In this document: positions 25,623-38,789 of the stretch, in pieces | Layout of the letters: every line of letters starts with the position of its first letter | How positions within the stretch are numbered: position 1 is the stretch's first letter | Assembly: GCA_973895155.1 (NCBI GenBank) | Contig: OZ316897.1 | Coordinates: 12,523,375 to 12,587,374 of the forward strand | DNA length: 64,000 nucleotides | Reading direction: 5' to 3' | Origin: Marsupella aquatica | Lineage: Eukaryota > Plantae > Marchantiophyta | Translations under genes and position numbers: made by a program | The notes under the pieces: model-generated | The model's input: only the letters and a program-made list of their open reading frames with translations | What the model was told of the DNA's origin: nothing | Database searches by the model: none

Positions 25623-26029
25623 GAGCATCTACAACCCAACAGGATTTTGCTTATTGGGCAGATTAAATAGCAAGTCTGACAACAACTTTTTGAGTTCAGT
25701 GTATTTAGCTATTGCAAACTGAAAGGTAACCCCAACCCCAATTGATAATTTCTGTAAACAACATGTATTAGTGAGCATCTAACCATTGTAAATTGAAATC
25801 TTGAAAACCCAGCAACAAACCCAATAGAAAGTTACGAAGATACACTCTCTTTCATACACAGATTTAATGAAGGAAAACCCATTCTTGAAAAACCTGGTAG
25901 CATTTAGGAAACGCAATAGGATTCCAATGAGTGGGCCAAACCTTATATTTTACATTCGCTCCTGCATCTCTTTAATGGTTTGGTCAACACCACATCACAG
26001 TAAAAGACTTAGTTGGGTTGGAGATGCTC
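25623..26029. mobile_element. Tourist-like (PIF/Harbinger) MITE, 407 bp
   Basis: TIRs GAGCATCTACAACCCAAC / GTTGGGTTGGAGATGCTC (17/18 match), TAA TSD on both sides. Confidence 0.85.
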
Positions 26030-29000
26030 TAAGGTGCAATAAGAGCCTATAGGGGCCTCAAACCTCAAAATTTGATGAACCATATTAACTCAGAAGTTGA
26101 GGTCATACACAGAATATGGTCTTCCAAAATTATAATCCAATATTTTTGGCCATAAAGATTGGTAATATTCCATGACCATAAATCCCGATAGAAGCTAGTG
26201 AAAAATTAGTTCAAGGACCCCTTGGTTATGTAAGTCTGATGTTATGCAAGTTGGAGTCCGGTTGGAGTAATGCAGAGTTGCATATTGAGATAGATTTGAA
26301 TATGAGATGAGACTACCCTAAACCCTATTTCTATGTCCATATAGCCCATAAAACATTCCAATCCATGCAAAATGTGAAAGTAACCAAAGGGTTTCTTAAA
26401 CCGTACTCCCAGTATATAAGGACCACAGAAACCCAGGATTGGGGAGGAGGAATGGCTGGAAGCTTGACATTTCATCTAATTTTATTCTCAAAAATATTTA
26501 CTCATTTTCAAAACGGAAAATACCTAGTCTTACATTTTGTTCCATTGAGATCTTTCTTTTGCACCCTAGATCACCTTCTAACATGGATGGATAAGATTTA
26601 TAGCTTTAGGCAATACAAAATAGATGGCAAAGATCACAAAACTAACAAAATTGACAGCTAGGAAGGCTTGGATTTGTTTTATTTTCCATTTCAAAAATAT
26701 TAGCTCATTTACAAAACGGAAAAACCATCCTAAACCCTAAACCCTCTTTGAGATCTTTCTTTTGAGCCATACATTGCCTACTATGATGGACGGACGAGGT
26801 TTTTGGAGCCAAGAATGCAGATGGCTCAGATCAACCCTTCCCCCCAAAATTCAAATTTCAAATTTGGCCAATGAGATTCTTTGTTTTTTGTTATTTCTCA
26901 CAAAATATCCAACCATTTTGCATGCTTTTTTTCACAGACGTAGATCTCAATGAGACCTACAATTTGAGCCATAGATCTGATCTGATGGCTGAGGGTAAGC
27001 ACAGCTTTCAATGCAAAACGAACAGGTCCAGGGAGGCACTGCTGTGCTGCACGTTGTCTCAAGCGCTGGATACACTTGGGAATGAGGAGTCCTCCCGGTA
27101 ACCCGGAGCCCCTTGTACTGGTATTTGTGGTTTAAGTTCACTTGGTGTTCTCATGGTAACCAAAGGGTTTTCTACATTCACTTGGTATTCCTATATCCAT
27201 AGAAGCCCACAAGTTTCTCAGGTTACCATAGAAGCTAGAAGCTGAAGGTTTTCTTATGTTAAAATAGAAGCTGAAGAGGTTCTTTCTAGGTACCATGGTT
27301 ATTTCAAAAATTGGCCAATTCAATTGAAAATTTAAACAATGTATAGGAAACCATTTATATATCATTGACAACCCATCCAAAGGTTGTTTTCTTTTACCCC
27401 TGTTTTACCCATTTTGGTGTTTATTTGAAGTGTTACTTTTTAGTTTCCCATGTTATGGCGTTTAACTGTTTTTCTTGGTCTTGTTTCAAACATGGAAGTC
27501 ACATTATTCTTGCATAACTAATTGTTCTTGTTTATGACCCATAGTGTGAATGTGTTTGCACTGCCTTCCAAGAATTTTGGAAAGAGCTTCCTATAGGGTC
27601 TCTTTCCAAAAAACGTTACCTTATGAAAAAACTAAACAATGACGAATTAGACATCACATGTAACTCTGAAGATTTGGGAAGCCGTAGTGTGTTCACTAGA
27701 AACCACACAAATAAACTCTTCGAAAAAGCTTTTTTCAGCACAACCGAACCTAACCGAACGGAACCGAACCGAACCGACGGCTGCCCAGCCCTAGCCTTGC
27801 ACGCCGTCGACGGGGGCGGAGCAGAGCGGATGAGAGAAATGTTCGGAGGCGACATTCCCTCATTCCAGCAGCCAAAAATAGAAAGCGGGAGGGACACTGG
27901 GACGGACACTGGGGCGGACACTAGCTGACTAGCAGGAATGATAGAAACATCTACCGCCACATTCGGCCGGAGTCGTTTCGGTTGCCTGCCGGAACAGCTG
28001 CAAACAGTGGCGGGCGGCCCCTCGTTCATTGGACTGCATGCTTCGTAGTCACGTATTCAGTTAGCGACTTTATTGGCTTGCGGCTGGGTGTGACTCGGCA
28101 TTCGCCTCCTATGCCTAGATGGCTGCTCCTGCACTTATTTCGCCCCAAAGTCTAATTTAAGTCGGCCCCTGGACGTCGCATGGGATTCGGCCCTTTCCAT
28201 ATAAATAATTACAGTCCCATTTCAACGCGGATACATAGAAATTAGAAAACATCATGATCGGCTCTTTCGTATTGCTGTTTTTCTACAGATCCCGAAAAGA
28301 GGGCTTGACTCTGTGAACTCCTACTGTAATAAATTCGATGGTTATTTACAGCGTTTCTGTTTTGAACGGCATAAATCAGCTTATGCAAAGTTGCAAACTA
28401 AATTATATAGGTTCGATATAATTACCGTCTCATTTCAACGGCGAGTACTAAGGAAACATTATGACAGACAGTTTCGTGATGCCCTTTTTCTACGGATCCC
28501 GAAAAGCGGGTTTCACATCATACTGCCGACACCTAATGTATGTGATGGGTGGAAGGTATTCCCAGCGTGTCTGTTTTGAACGGCGGAGATCAGTTAAAAC
28601 TAAAGTTATCTGGATAGTTTGCGAGGGTACGTAATCAAATTATCTTCGTGACCAGCCGAGTATTTCTATTGCAAAACAGTACCAGATTAGTTTGCGGCTC
28701 GAAACGATTTTAGGTGTTGATTGCTATGACTCTAAGACTGTCAGCAATTTTTACCCCTTCATCTATTCTTTTCTGGTGTCCGTTGTATCTCCTCCCTTAG
28801 TAAGAGCGTGTCCAAATAGAAACTTCTTGTATTTTGGTATGTGAATCATATATCTACTTTAGGGCTATTGTTTGGAGTGAAGATTCTAGATCATGACTGG
28901 GGGCATGACCAAAAATTCGGTGGGTGGGGGTGAATATTCACAGTGATTACAGATTCAATATAAGTATGTGAACTAGTGGATTGAATGCAAATCACTGTCC

Positions 29001-29775
29001 AGGCTAGTAATCTGCACTGACCATCAACCCAAGACTTTGAAAAGGAGCTACATAAATCTGCCTGGGAATGCACTTTTTTTATCCAGCCAGATAAAAAAAA
29101 CTTCAAAGAACAGATGTTGGGGAAAATACAAATAAATAATTATACATTACAGATCCGTAAAAATGATATATCCAAGTCTAGCACTCAATATTTCCAACAA
29201 ATTTTAGCCTTTGTTTTGTTTCTCGGCAGTGTCATATTGTTACACATATTTTATCGGTGTGATATGTCAATAGCACAGTGAGGGCATCTAATAAATATAA
29301 TTAGTTTAATGTATTTCAAACAGTTTCTGTCTTGAACGGTGCACATCAACGTAATGAAACCTAATTAGATTTCCACTTATCAATATATTTTATACGGTTT
29401 AATTTAATAACGGCTCTGCTGAGTTGATTATCCATCCAATGAGGATGCGGCTTCAATTAAGGAGCCGCATTTACTGCCTCTGGATAGTGGGAGAATAATA
29501 TTCGTAGTGGCTATAGATCTGGGCCGTCCATTACCCCATCGACGGTGATGACGAAAATTTCAATTCATCGTAATCTGTAATGAATGAAACGGTACATCTC
29601 CTTTCTTCCATTGGTTGGCTCCAACACTTACCGTCGTAAGTATTGTTTTCCTGTTATTTCGTAACACATTTATTATAATCTTCGGTACCTATTCCTATTG
29701 GAGATATCCTCGTTTCCTTCTAATATTTTAATTCCAAAAACATTTGTAAATGTTTCTTGCACGTAACACTTTAAT

Positions 29776-30010
29776 GTCCTTTGGTCATAAAAGAATTGAC
29801 ACCTCAAAAAATTGGAGGTCTCTTTGTTCGGACCTAAATGTAAATTTACACTTACAGATATTGTAGCATGTCTTTCTAGCACTTAAGTGTAAATGTTTCT
29901 AGCCTCATTTTACACTCGCTTAGGCACTGCCCTGGCGTAAATCTACATTTAGGTCAGAACAAAGAGACCTCCAATTTTTTGAGGTGTCAATTCTTTTAGG
30001 ACCAAAGGGC
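29776..30010. mobile_element. Foldback MITE-like element with ~74-bp inverted arms
   Basis: CCTTTGGTCATAAAAGAATTGACACCTCAAAAAATTGGAGGTCTCTTTGTTC... is near-perfectly mirrored at ~29937-30010. No clear TSD. Confidence 0.75.
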
Positions 30011-31807
30011 TTTGATGAACCGCAATTAGGACAGGGCTTGTGCAAAAGTTAGTCAATCGACAAGCTTGAACTTGGAACTTCACTTGCTGCAATGAAGACT
30101 GCTACCCCTGAGCTATGCTTGCTGGGATGACCCAAGTGTAGAAAACTGTGCACTTATATGGCAAATTCTAAGTGCAATGGGCAACACGCAATAACGGACA
30201 ACATTTAATGGAGGGCCCCTATAGACAACAATACATGAGTTCATGGAACAATGTCCAGAATTCCAAAGGTGGTCCAAGCATTTCCAAACCTTGGCTCCTT
30301 CATGAAGAAGGATATACATTTCCCGATACATTTATTGAAGTTCATTTCAGAAGATCTGTGGTATTTGGTCTGGAATCTATACCTAAAACAAGAAGTGGCC
30401 ATCCAGTTTGCATAGTAGCAAAAAAAAAACACAAATGCCTCTACCTCTTTAAGAGCCATCCTAACAATGGGAATAAAGTACTCAAATGGGGCACTCCTTT
30501 TTTGGGCCTTGAACACTGTAGCAAGCAATAAAGAGTCAAACAATTGAGCCCATGCTAGAACCTAGCTTGAGGGCATGCCCGGAGGGCATGGGAAACATGG
30601 TCTTTTACCTATTTAACCCAGCACAAACAGAGTAAACTCCAAGGAGCAAAGCAAGCCTTATTAACCAAATTATGTATGTTTCATTCTTATTAACCAAATT
30701 TTCTTTGTAGGTGGTGAGTAAGACTGCAAGCTCATTTTATTGAATGTTTGACTTGGATCCTTGGGCTGCTTTTTCTGATGTCCTCTGCCAGCAAAGCTCC
30801 CCTACCCTCTTGTCTATAAAAGGAAGTAGTGTCCCTAAACTTTCACACTTTAGTCAAGGCTCCTGTCAACTACAAAATATTTTTAAAATCACTTCTGATC
30901 CGCAATATGCATTTTTTAGAGTGTTGGCAAATCTGAATAAAATAGATTCCCTGTTTACACTTTCAATGTAGTAAAATGGTTCTTCTAAAGTAAAATATGT
31001 ACATTTTATATATGATTTTTTTGTATAATTAATTGAAGATTGCACGTGGTATTCAAAAAAATGCACAAGGGGTGACTTTACAAGAATGAGCTGACTAACA
31101 CTAGAACCTTTCCCAAACCAAATCCAGTGGACAATTTTAGCCTAAAATCTTGCTTCCAGGCCTATGAGGAACGAAGGGGCCTGGATGGGGAACTCACTGG
31201 CATTGCAAGAGATCCAGACGACAAATTAAAGTTTTCAAACCTTGTTTGTGAGGTTATCTAAGTTTTGGCCACAATAGAAGTGTAGAGGTCATCATTTGCC
31301 GTTATTCATCAGCTGCCGTATAGGTTTGGGGATTTCAATGTTCAAATGACCGCCAAAATTCTTCTACAGCCAAGGACTACCATCCACCCCGAATTAAAGG
31401 TTGGGATGATATCTGAGTTATGAAAAGGAAACTTGTCTGTCCACTCCTTCTTGTAACTCTAAGTTAATCCCCTGAGTTAGGCTCCTCTAATTGGACTTGG
31501 ACTTTCTATATCTATGGCTTCTCTTCTCCTTGTCTGTCCCATGGTGAACCTCTCAACTACATCCCACCCAATTTGTGTCACCCACAAATACCATCAGAAT
31601 AGGTTCCCGAATTACTTCACCTCAGTCATCCATGTACTTGTGGGGATTCCTCTTTATGTAACAAGATCCATAGGTGCCATAATTATGTCACCTTCTCTCC
31701 TCCCCCTTCCCCAAGGTGATACAATGGCAAATATCAGTGAGCCTCTAGCTAGCTTCTCTGGGTGCCCTTTTTCTGTGTTCTTTGATTGATCCTGCCCTTC
31801 AACTTGG

Positions 31808-31985
31808 GAGAGATATGCTTAGTAGATCCTCTTCTGGAAAAAAATTGCTTAATCAACCCCTCGATACTTTTCCCCAATCTGGACCGTTGACGGACCTTTC
31901 GATCTCAGATCTGGACCGTTGATAAACCTCAGGGGGTCGATCAAGTAACAAGTTTCATTTTGGGGGTCTATCGAGAAAATACCTC
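31808..31985. mobile_element. Mutator-like (MULE) MITE, 178 bp
   Basis: 9-bp TSD TCAACTTGG at 31799-31807 and 31986-31994. Imperfect GAG-starting TIRs. Internal repeat ATCTGGACCGTTGA. Confidence 0.65.
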
Positions 31986-32720
31986 TCAACTTGGGTTCCA
32001 CCTCTACTAAATGTGATCAGTTGTGATCCTGCATTATCAACCCACCCCTCCTCCTCCTCCTAACTACAATAAAAGCTAACTCTCCCTAAGGGCAACTTAA
32101 ATTGCCCATTAGCATGTGGCTTAGGTTCTCCATGGTACCTGGTCCCTGCCAGTGAATATGAAATATTTCTGGAACCAAGCAATTCTCACTCATAGAATTA
32201 CAGAAATAATCTATCCTATCAAATGAGTTTTTATAAAGTCAGTAATAACAACGAACACTTTAATTTTCTTCTCCCTAAAATTTAATTATTTAATTCAAAG
32301 ATTCTGCACTTTTCTCCACTTTTCACTGGTGGACTAACTGTTTCACTTAAGCTTTGTGTTTTTTTTCCTTTAAAGAGAAAAGAACGAAACCCGAGTGGCA
32401 AGTTTTTGGAAACACGGACAAAGACATGCTTTTGGAACCACTTGAGTAGGGCTGGTGGTCAGCTTAACGAGAGGGGGGGGGGTGCAGCCTTAAGTTCAAG
32501 CCTACCAGATATTGGCCCAGTTTCAGCTTGGGTGTGGCAATGGGTTCTGCTCCTATTCTTTTTGGGCTGGCTTAATGTATTAAGTGTCACATGCACTTGT
32601 AGCAATGTACTCCCAAGTTACTGTTGTTTGCGTCCAAAATTTTCATTGGTGATCATTTATTTTGTTCCCAGCCTAAGAGTGCGTTTCTCAGTCCACTTTA
32701 TCTAGAGTTTTACTCATACC

Positions 32721-32868
32721 TGGTCAAAAACAGATGTTCACCACCTATGTGAACAGAAACCATCGTTTTTTTTTGTTGGTTTTTTTTTGGTGTGTGGTCA
32801 AAAACAGATGTTCACCACCTATGTGAACAGAAACCATCGTTTTTTTTTGTTGGTTTTTTTTTGGTGTG
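32721..32868. repeat. 74-bp tandem duplication followed by (GT)n and poly-G
   Basis: TGGTCAAAAACAGATGTTCACCACCTATGTGAACAGAAACCATCG... at 32721 and 32795. Confidence 0.85.
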
Positions 32869-33519
32869 TGTGTGTGTGGGTGGGTGGGGGGGGGGGGGGC
32901 GTTGCATTTTGCCTCATGTGAAAGTTTTTCAAGTTGTAGTGTCTATAATTTTATTATTCAATTTCCCCGAACTGCCCACATATTTTTCAGCCCACTCTTT
33001 TTGGGAGGTCAAATTTCGGCTCTGGGCGCCAGATTTTCTCTGATACATGTTATACAGGATGCAACTGATTTAACTTACTATTCTGCATGAGACGAGCGCA
33101 GCTGGGAGACGGAGATGACTAGATGAGGGTGATGTCATCTCGTACACGAAAATTGGTGGCGGACTAAGTTGTCGGTGGTTGTCTGGATGGCGAGAGGTTG
33201 TTGTGCCCAGCAGGAGGAAAAGAGAAGTACCCATATACTAAACCAATCTGTCTGTGAGTCTGTCTATCGTTCGTGAGAGATGAGAGAAGTATATTTAATC
33301 ATCAACAGAGCACGATGTCAATTGGAGGAGTCCAGAACGACAATCTTGAGCCCCGCCCGTCCAACATTGCAGGGAAACCTGAGTTCTCAAATTGTACAAT
33401 TCGTTGAGATCCATGAGTGGCTCTGAGCGAGGTGCCTCTACAGTGCTTCACACTCTGCTGCAGTGCTGCTCTCCTTTCGAGGGCCCACCCACCGTTGGAA
33501 CTCGAGAACTGGGCTCGTT

Positions 33520-34090
33520 TTGGTTTGCCTGTATTTTAAAATTGTGTTTTCATAATGCAAGGAGATCTATTTGGGCCATTTGGCCAAAGGCACATGTGGG
33601 ACCGGATACGGGGCCGTTTGTTTGCATTTTAAAATTGTATTCCAATTTCATGCAAGGAGATCTATGTTCGTGGCCGAGGTCACATGTGGGACCGGGTATG
33701 GGGACCTCGGACATCTCTAGCCCCACCCAAGCCCCACCCATTTTTGGTATGCTTGTACTTTAAAATTGTTTTTTAATTGCATGCATAGAAACGCAGTTCT
33801 GTGGACAAAGCCACATATGGGAACGGATATGGGGACCTTGGACAGGCCTGGCCCGCCTGGGTAGGATGGCATTTCGAAATTGTACTTTAACTCTATGCAC
33901 AGAGATGCGTTTCCATGGGCAAGGCCACTGTGGGACCAGAGATGGGGATCTTGGCAAGCCCAATCCAACCCTTGCCCCGCCCTGTACATGGGCCTTTTGA
34001 AATGCTTGCAGGTTAAAAGTGTAAAAAAAAAACAATTTCATGCAGAGAGATGTATTTCCTTGGCCAAGGTCACATGTGGGACCTTGGACG
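33520..34090. repeat. Degenerate tandem array (~5 units of 95-140 bp), probably internal to a TE
   Basis: Recurring TTTTAAAATTGT...CATGCA..GAGAT...GGCCAAGGTCACATGTGGGACC. Confidence 0.65.
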
Positions 34091-34959
34091 GCCCAATACA
34101 GCCCCGCCGCTGCCCGGTCCCTACCACTTCATGGCGTAGCCTAGCGCATCATGATGGTTATCTGCAATCTGAAGGTGTGGGTATTGGGGTGACAAAGAAT
34201 TGAGGACCACGGGAATCAGGATTGGCATTCCCCATGGAAACAAACATCCTCATTCCAACAGATGGACAGTGCATATCTGCGGTATTGCTGGGCGTCTGAA
34301 AACCTTTGGAGTATTTTGCAGTATTTCTGGGAGTCATCAATCTAAATGGTTCCATTTCTCAAAGCTGGAGCCAGTTTGGCATACTTTTTTTTAATTTTGA
34401 GAGCTCACATGGGAAGATTCTTCAGCCTGTAAATTGGCAATTATATATATTTTACACAAATCCTTCATTGAGCCTACATTGAAATAACCCAACAACGGCA
34501 TTGTCAGATGTGCACTTGAATGTTGGATGCTCGTCAGGAAGGTGACATCAACCTGCAGTGTGATCGGGAGTGTGATTGAGCTGTGCAAGCCAGCTTTAGG
34601 ATAGTCGAGGCAATTCAAACAGTTTTGCTTCCACATGTAGCGCTAAATATGCACTTGAGCCCAATACAGTGCAGCCTTTGGTGTTCGATATTTTAAAATC
34701 TTGCATACGACCAAGACTGGAATCCGTATCCATGTAGACGGCTGCAGAATTCGCAAGAGATTTGATCTGGTGTACAGGAATTCGTCACAACCAACTGGCA
34801 AAGGATAATATCCTCAATGTTGAATGGAGACAAGACTCACAACAAAACTGGTTGCTCAACTTGGGCACACTACTTGACTTTTTTGCTATTCGTGGTCCTG
34901 GAGTCAAAGCATCGTCTCATAATCATCCTAAAACTCATTTCTGGCCTAACTATCTTGCA

Positions 34960-35061
34960 ACACCTGACTTCTTCAAGGGCTCTGAGGCCTTCCAGTTCCA
35001 TTCGCCTTGACAACTCCAAAGCTGTCCTGCCTTGCCCACATTTAACATACCTCGAGAACAT
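34960..35061 (-). pseudogene. Fragment of a PLS-type pentatricopeptide-repeat (PPR) gene
   Basis: MFSRYVKCGQGRTALELSRRMELEG|LRALEEVRC resembles the bryophyte PLS-PPR pattern MI.GYVKCGQG.KALELF..M..EG...ALEEGRC with an internal deletion. Flanked by a 14-bp direct repeat. Confidence 0.6.
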
Positions 35062-35951
35062 CTTGCAACACCTAATTATGAAACATAGGATCCTCTTGAA
35101 TGTACTTTGGAATCAGCTAGAAATTGTGGGCATTCTGGTGAGTTATCTGTCTAGAGCAATCACCCTACGAGATTGTCCTTTCGATTGTGAAGAAATCAAG
35201 CGTACCCAACTCCAATTTGTTAAAATGCAATGCCAAAGTTGCCAATTTGTCTATTAGCAACTACATTCAGGCTTGGGTCTGGGCACAAAGTTGCTGCTGA
35301 AACACTTCTTTCCCAACAGGCCAACGTTTGGCACCGACAGAAACCCGTCAAACCCACTTGAAATGGACTACTAATTCTTGATCCCACACAAGTACAAGAA
35401 CAAGACCCACTGAAGATGGAACGGATCTACAAACGTTGCCCCTAGATACACTGACCACTGTATGAAATTTGATTTTGAGACCAGTTGGAATGATGCTGCT
35501 CTAAAGAGAGAGTGTAACTCTGCTGACAGAGAGGGCCGTCAACACGAAGGCATTGAAGGGTGGCAAGCTGGAACTTGAAACTTGAAAGCATAATCCATCA
35601 TCCAAGTACAAATTGAGTTTTGAGAGATTACCCCACAGCATCAGCTCCAAGCGGCGTGAGCTGAGTTGACCCAGTGCCCTCAGGCGTAGCAGTAGGTGAA
35701 CTAAAAACCCAATTGACAAATTTGCTTTCGCTTCATGAGTCCCAAAGTAATGCTTGCTGACTATTCCATACCTGTGTGTCTAGGGCTCAGAAAGCAGACA
35801 TTGCTCACTTCCAGCACATTATGGGGGGTCTCAAACCCCAAAACTTGTTGTACCTCAATTACAAGGTTAGGTTAGAGTTATGGGCTACCAAACTCATGGT
35901 CATATGCTATAATCGTAAGTTACTCTGGAAGCTAGGGAAGAGAGCTTGTAC

Positions 35952-36275
35952 TAGGGCGTCTCATATATGAGAAAAAAACTTCATTCACGGGCGGCCCGAG
36001 ACGCACTCGGGCGCACCGCGAGAGGGTTGATGCGGGCCAACATTTTTTTGAGTACTGAATTATGACACGAGTCGCGGGTGTAAATGCCAATGGCCTATTG
36101 TTCGTTAACATTTTGTTCCTTGTTCGTTTTTTGTAATCCCGATCGGGCGGAGCTTTCCCGGGCGTGACTGGTCGGGCACCACAATCGGTGCCCGACCAGT
36201 CCTGTCCGGAGGCCCGGGCACTGATACTCCCGGGCGTGGAAAATTACTCAAACGCCCTATATTTGAGACGCCCTA
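35952..36275. mobile_element. TIR MITE (family B), well preserved, GC-rich
   Basis: Ends TAGGGCGTCTCATATAT / ATATTTGAGACGCCCTA (terminal TA is probably the TSD). Perfect 15-bp internal stem at 36166-36201. Appears nested in a family A remnant starting ~35822. Confidence 0.75.
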
Positions 36276-37394
36276 CTGAATCCTGTGAAAAGAGTGGCTA
36301 TTTTTTTATGGCCAAAAGCCATCAGTGGTACTGATAAGGCTTTGAAATGCCCAATTAGATTCATGGGTATAACTTTTAGTAACCATGTGCTGGAGGGGGT
36401 TATGGATGGGGTATGGGTGTAATACCCAAGCGGAATAGCCCCAACAGCACATAGGTTCCTGAGCATAAACATGTCTTTTTGAATCTTTGAAGAATTATGC
36501 TTAGGAGGTGTTGCGGCCTTGATCCATGCCAGTGACCGAGCCACTAACAAACAGATTTAAATCAGGGAATCTTGGGACAAGGGGGGCAAAGAGTTACGAT
36601 CCATAGCTTTCAATGAAAATACAAAGGAGACTCATAAACACTGTTTACAAATTTGCAGCCACATCCAATAGTGTGGTCTTGGATTACAAGGTGACCTGTG
36701 TGATAAAAGGATGAAAGTGGAGATGAAAGCAAAGGGTTGAAGGAGGAAAAACTAGAAATGCTGCATCAGCTGCTAGAAACAAAGGGGCAAACTTACAATC
36801 CAGAATTTTCTTGCCATGACTACCCAATGAATCTCGTCTAGCACTGTCTTGCAACTCCTTTGCTCTAGTTGGTGGAAACCACCACATTTCCTCTCCGTAT
36901 TATGAATGCAGTTTGAGCATGTTGGAGGGTTAGGGAATAAGATTGTCCAATAGTGTTAGTATTGATGGCAATTCGCTTTACCATCTTGTTTCAGGGAGAA
37001 CAGTTGAGGCGAGCATTGAGGGAGTAGACAACTTATTTGTTTCTTGTGTAACTACTGTAATGCATACAGAACTTATTTGTTAAGAGTTTTACTATTGGAA
37101 ATGCGTACATAGACTTTTCCAATGGCAGTGACCCTAAACCCTAAACCCTTTTCTGATGGCACAGGACCAAGTAACCACTCTAGATATTAGTTTAATCTAT
37201 TTTCTATTATTTTGAACGCATTCTAAGTTATTTTGATTGGGACTAAGTTCTATCTCAAGAAGTAAAATGTAAAATCTGACTTGTTAGAGTTGGGAAGGGA
37301 GGCAACAACTTTGTACCTTCCGTTACCTTGTATGAGTTGGAGGCCTGAACTATTTACTCCTCCCCCCTACCCCGAAAGGAAAAACCACGGCTCC

Positions 37395-37900
37395 ATCCAC
37401 TGATGCAAACAGACCAGGAAATCCCTGTGTTCATTGATTCTGAATTGTTCCTACATGTGGCTTAGTTAGTTGGTTGCCTGAAATATTGAGATATTGTTTT
37501 GCAAAGGCCTTTCTATTGCCTTGGCAAATCTCTTGAGGTATTCCAATGCTGTGCTTTCCCCTAAGTATGCAAACATACCCATCAAGTGCGTCAGCTGAGA
37601 CCCCTAAGGCAGGCATTTCAGAGCAACAATAATTTTATGCAATGAGGGCAGACCCATAACACCTGCAACATCAATGAGGAAGATGTTGAAGTAATAACAT
37701 ATTGAAATAATTATCAATAGGGCACATTGCATCATGTACTCTCAAAGGAATGCTCCCTCAACCTACTGTAGACTTCCGTCTAACTTTTTCTCTGGATATG
37801 TTGGATCTTCAGCCAAGTCGTCCTTCCCAATTCAATTATGCCCTGCCCTTCTATCCCTATCAAGATTTCCGGCTCTGCCTGGCCATGATCCACCCCTGGT
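37395..37900 (-). pseudogene. Decayed PIF/Harbinger (ALP1-like, DDE) transposase, N-terminal half
   Basis: Across frameshifts: RGGSWPGRAGNLDRDRRAGHN*IGKDDLAEDPTYPE ... DVAGVMGLPSLHK ... MPALGVSADALDGYVCI / GESTALEYLKRFAKAI / FAKQYL ... GFPGLFASVD. These are collinear with plant Harbinger motifs (GGS.PGR, LAYG..AD..DEY.RIGESTA, GFPGMLGSID). Confidence 0.8.
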
Positions 37901-38789
37901 TCTATATGTGTGTTGTGTGTACTACTCAATGAACGAGAATGGCCCGAATGTGGTCATTTGCTGCCAAAATTCCATGGCCTCATTATTTTTGTGTTTGCTC
38001 CATTTCACCTTCAAATTTCTCCTCCATTCTTCAAGAGAGCTCATTTTGCTGAGAACTGAGTTTGATTTGAAAGGGAATGCTGAAGGTTTGGTATAAAAAT
38101 TGAAGGGAACATTGCCGTAGCCAAATTGTGGTCAAAGAAAGATTGATCAAAGTTGTGGGGGTGTTAAGAAATAGTGACCGCAATGCAATGTCACAAAGTT
38201 TGGAATTCTACTATCAGAGTCATAGATGCATTCTTTTGTGCACCTTGTCTTCCACCAACTATGCTACCTGGACTGGGAGTGAGTCAGGCAAATCATACTG
38301 TCATTGCAGCGTTTTCCTGGAACAAATGGGTGTGCTCCCATGTGCCGCCTGGCCTTGAATGTTATCAATCAAGGCTGTCTTGCCACTTTAGCAGATAGCA
38401 AGGAATTTTTGACTCGACAGCTGGGAACTCTCTAAGGGTGGCTTTACAATACACTGGGGAACTCTCAACTTTTTTCTGGTCTCCAAGATATGATCCAGGC
38501 CATCCATTGGGGAAAATCTGCTGTGATTCACTTTACAAACTGGTGGGGGCACTTTGAATCTGGCCTGTTGCCCATCCTATATGGAATGGAATGGGGCCCA
38601 CATTTTGCTTAGGTGGAGCATATTTCTGTCCCATATTTTAGAGCACCTCTCTTGGAGGTTTCCTCATCTGGCTGCTTGGTCCATTCTTATTTTGAGTCTT
38701 CTACATTTAAAGTGCACTCACATGTCCCTCATCAGATCTTCTCTTGTCACAACAAGAAGAGCCCGAGCCAAAGAACTATGTGAGCTCTA

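Noticed and set aside
37131-37149. Telomeric CCCTAAA repeats (also ~26729 and ~63236)
   Set aside because: Only 2-3 units. These are common interstitial telo-boxes, not a telomere or fusion scar.
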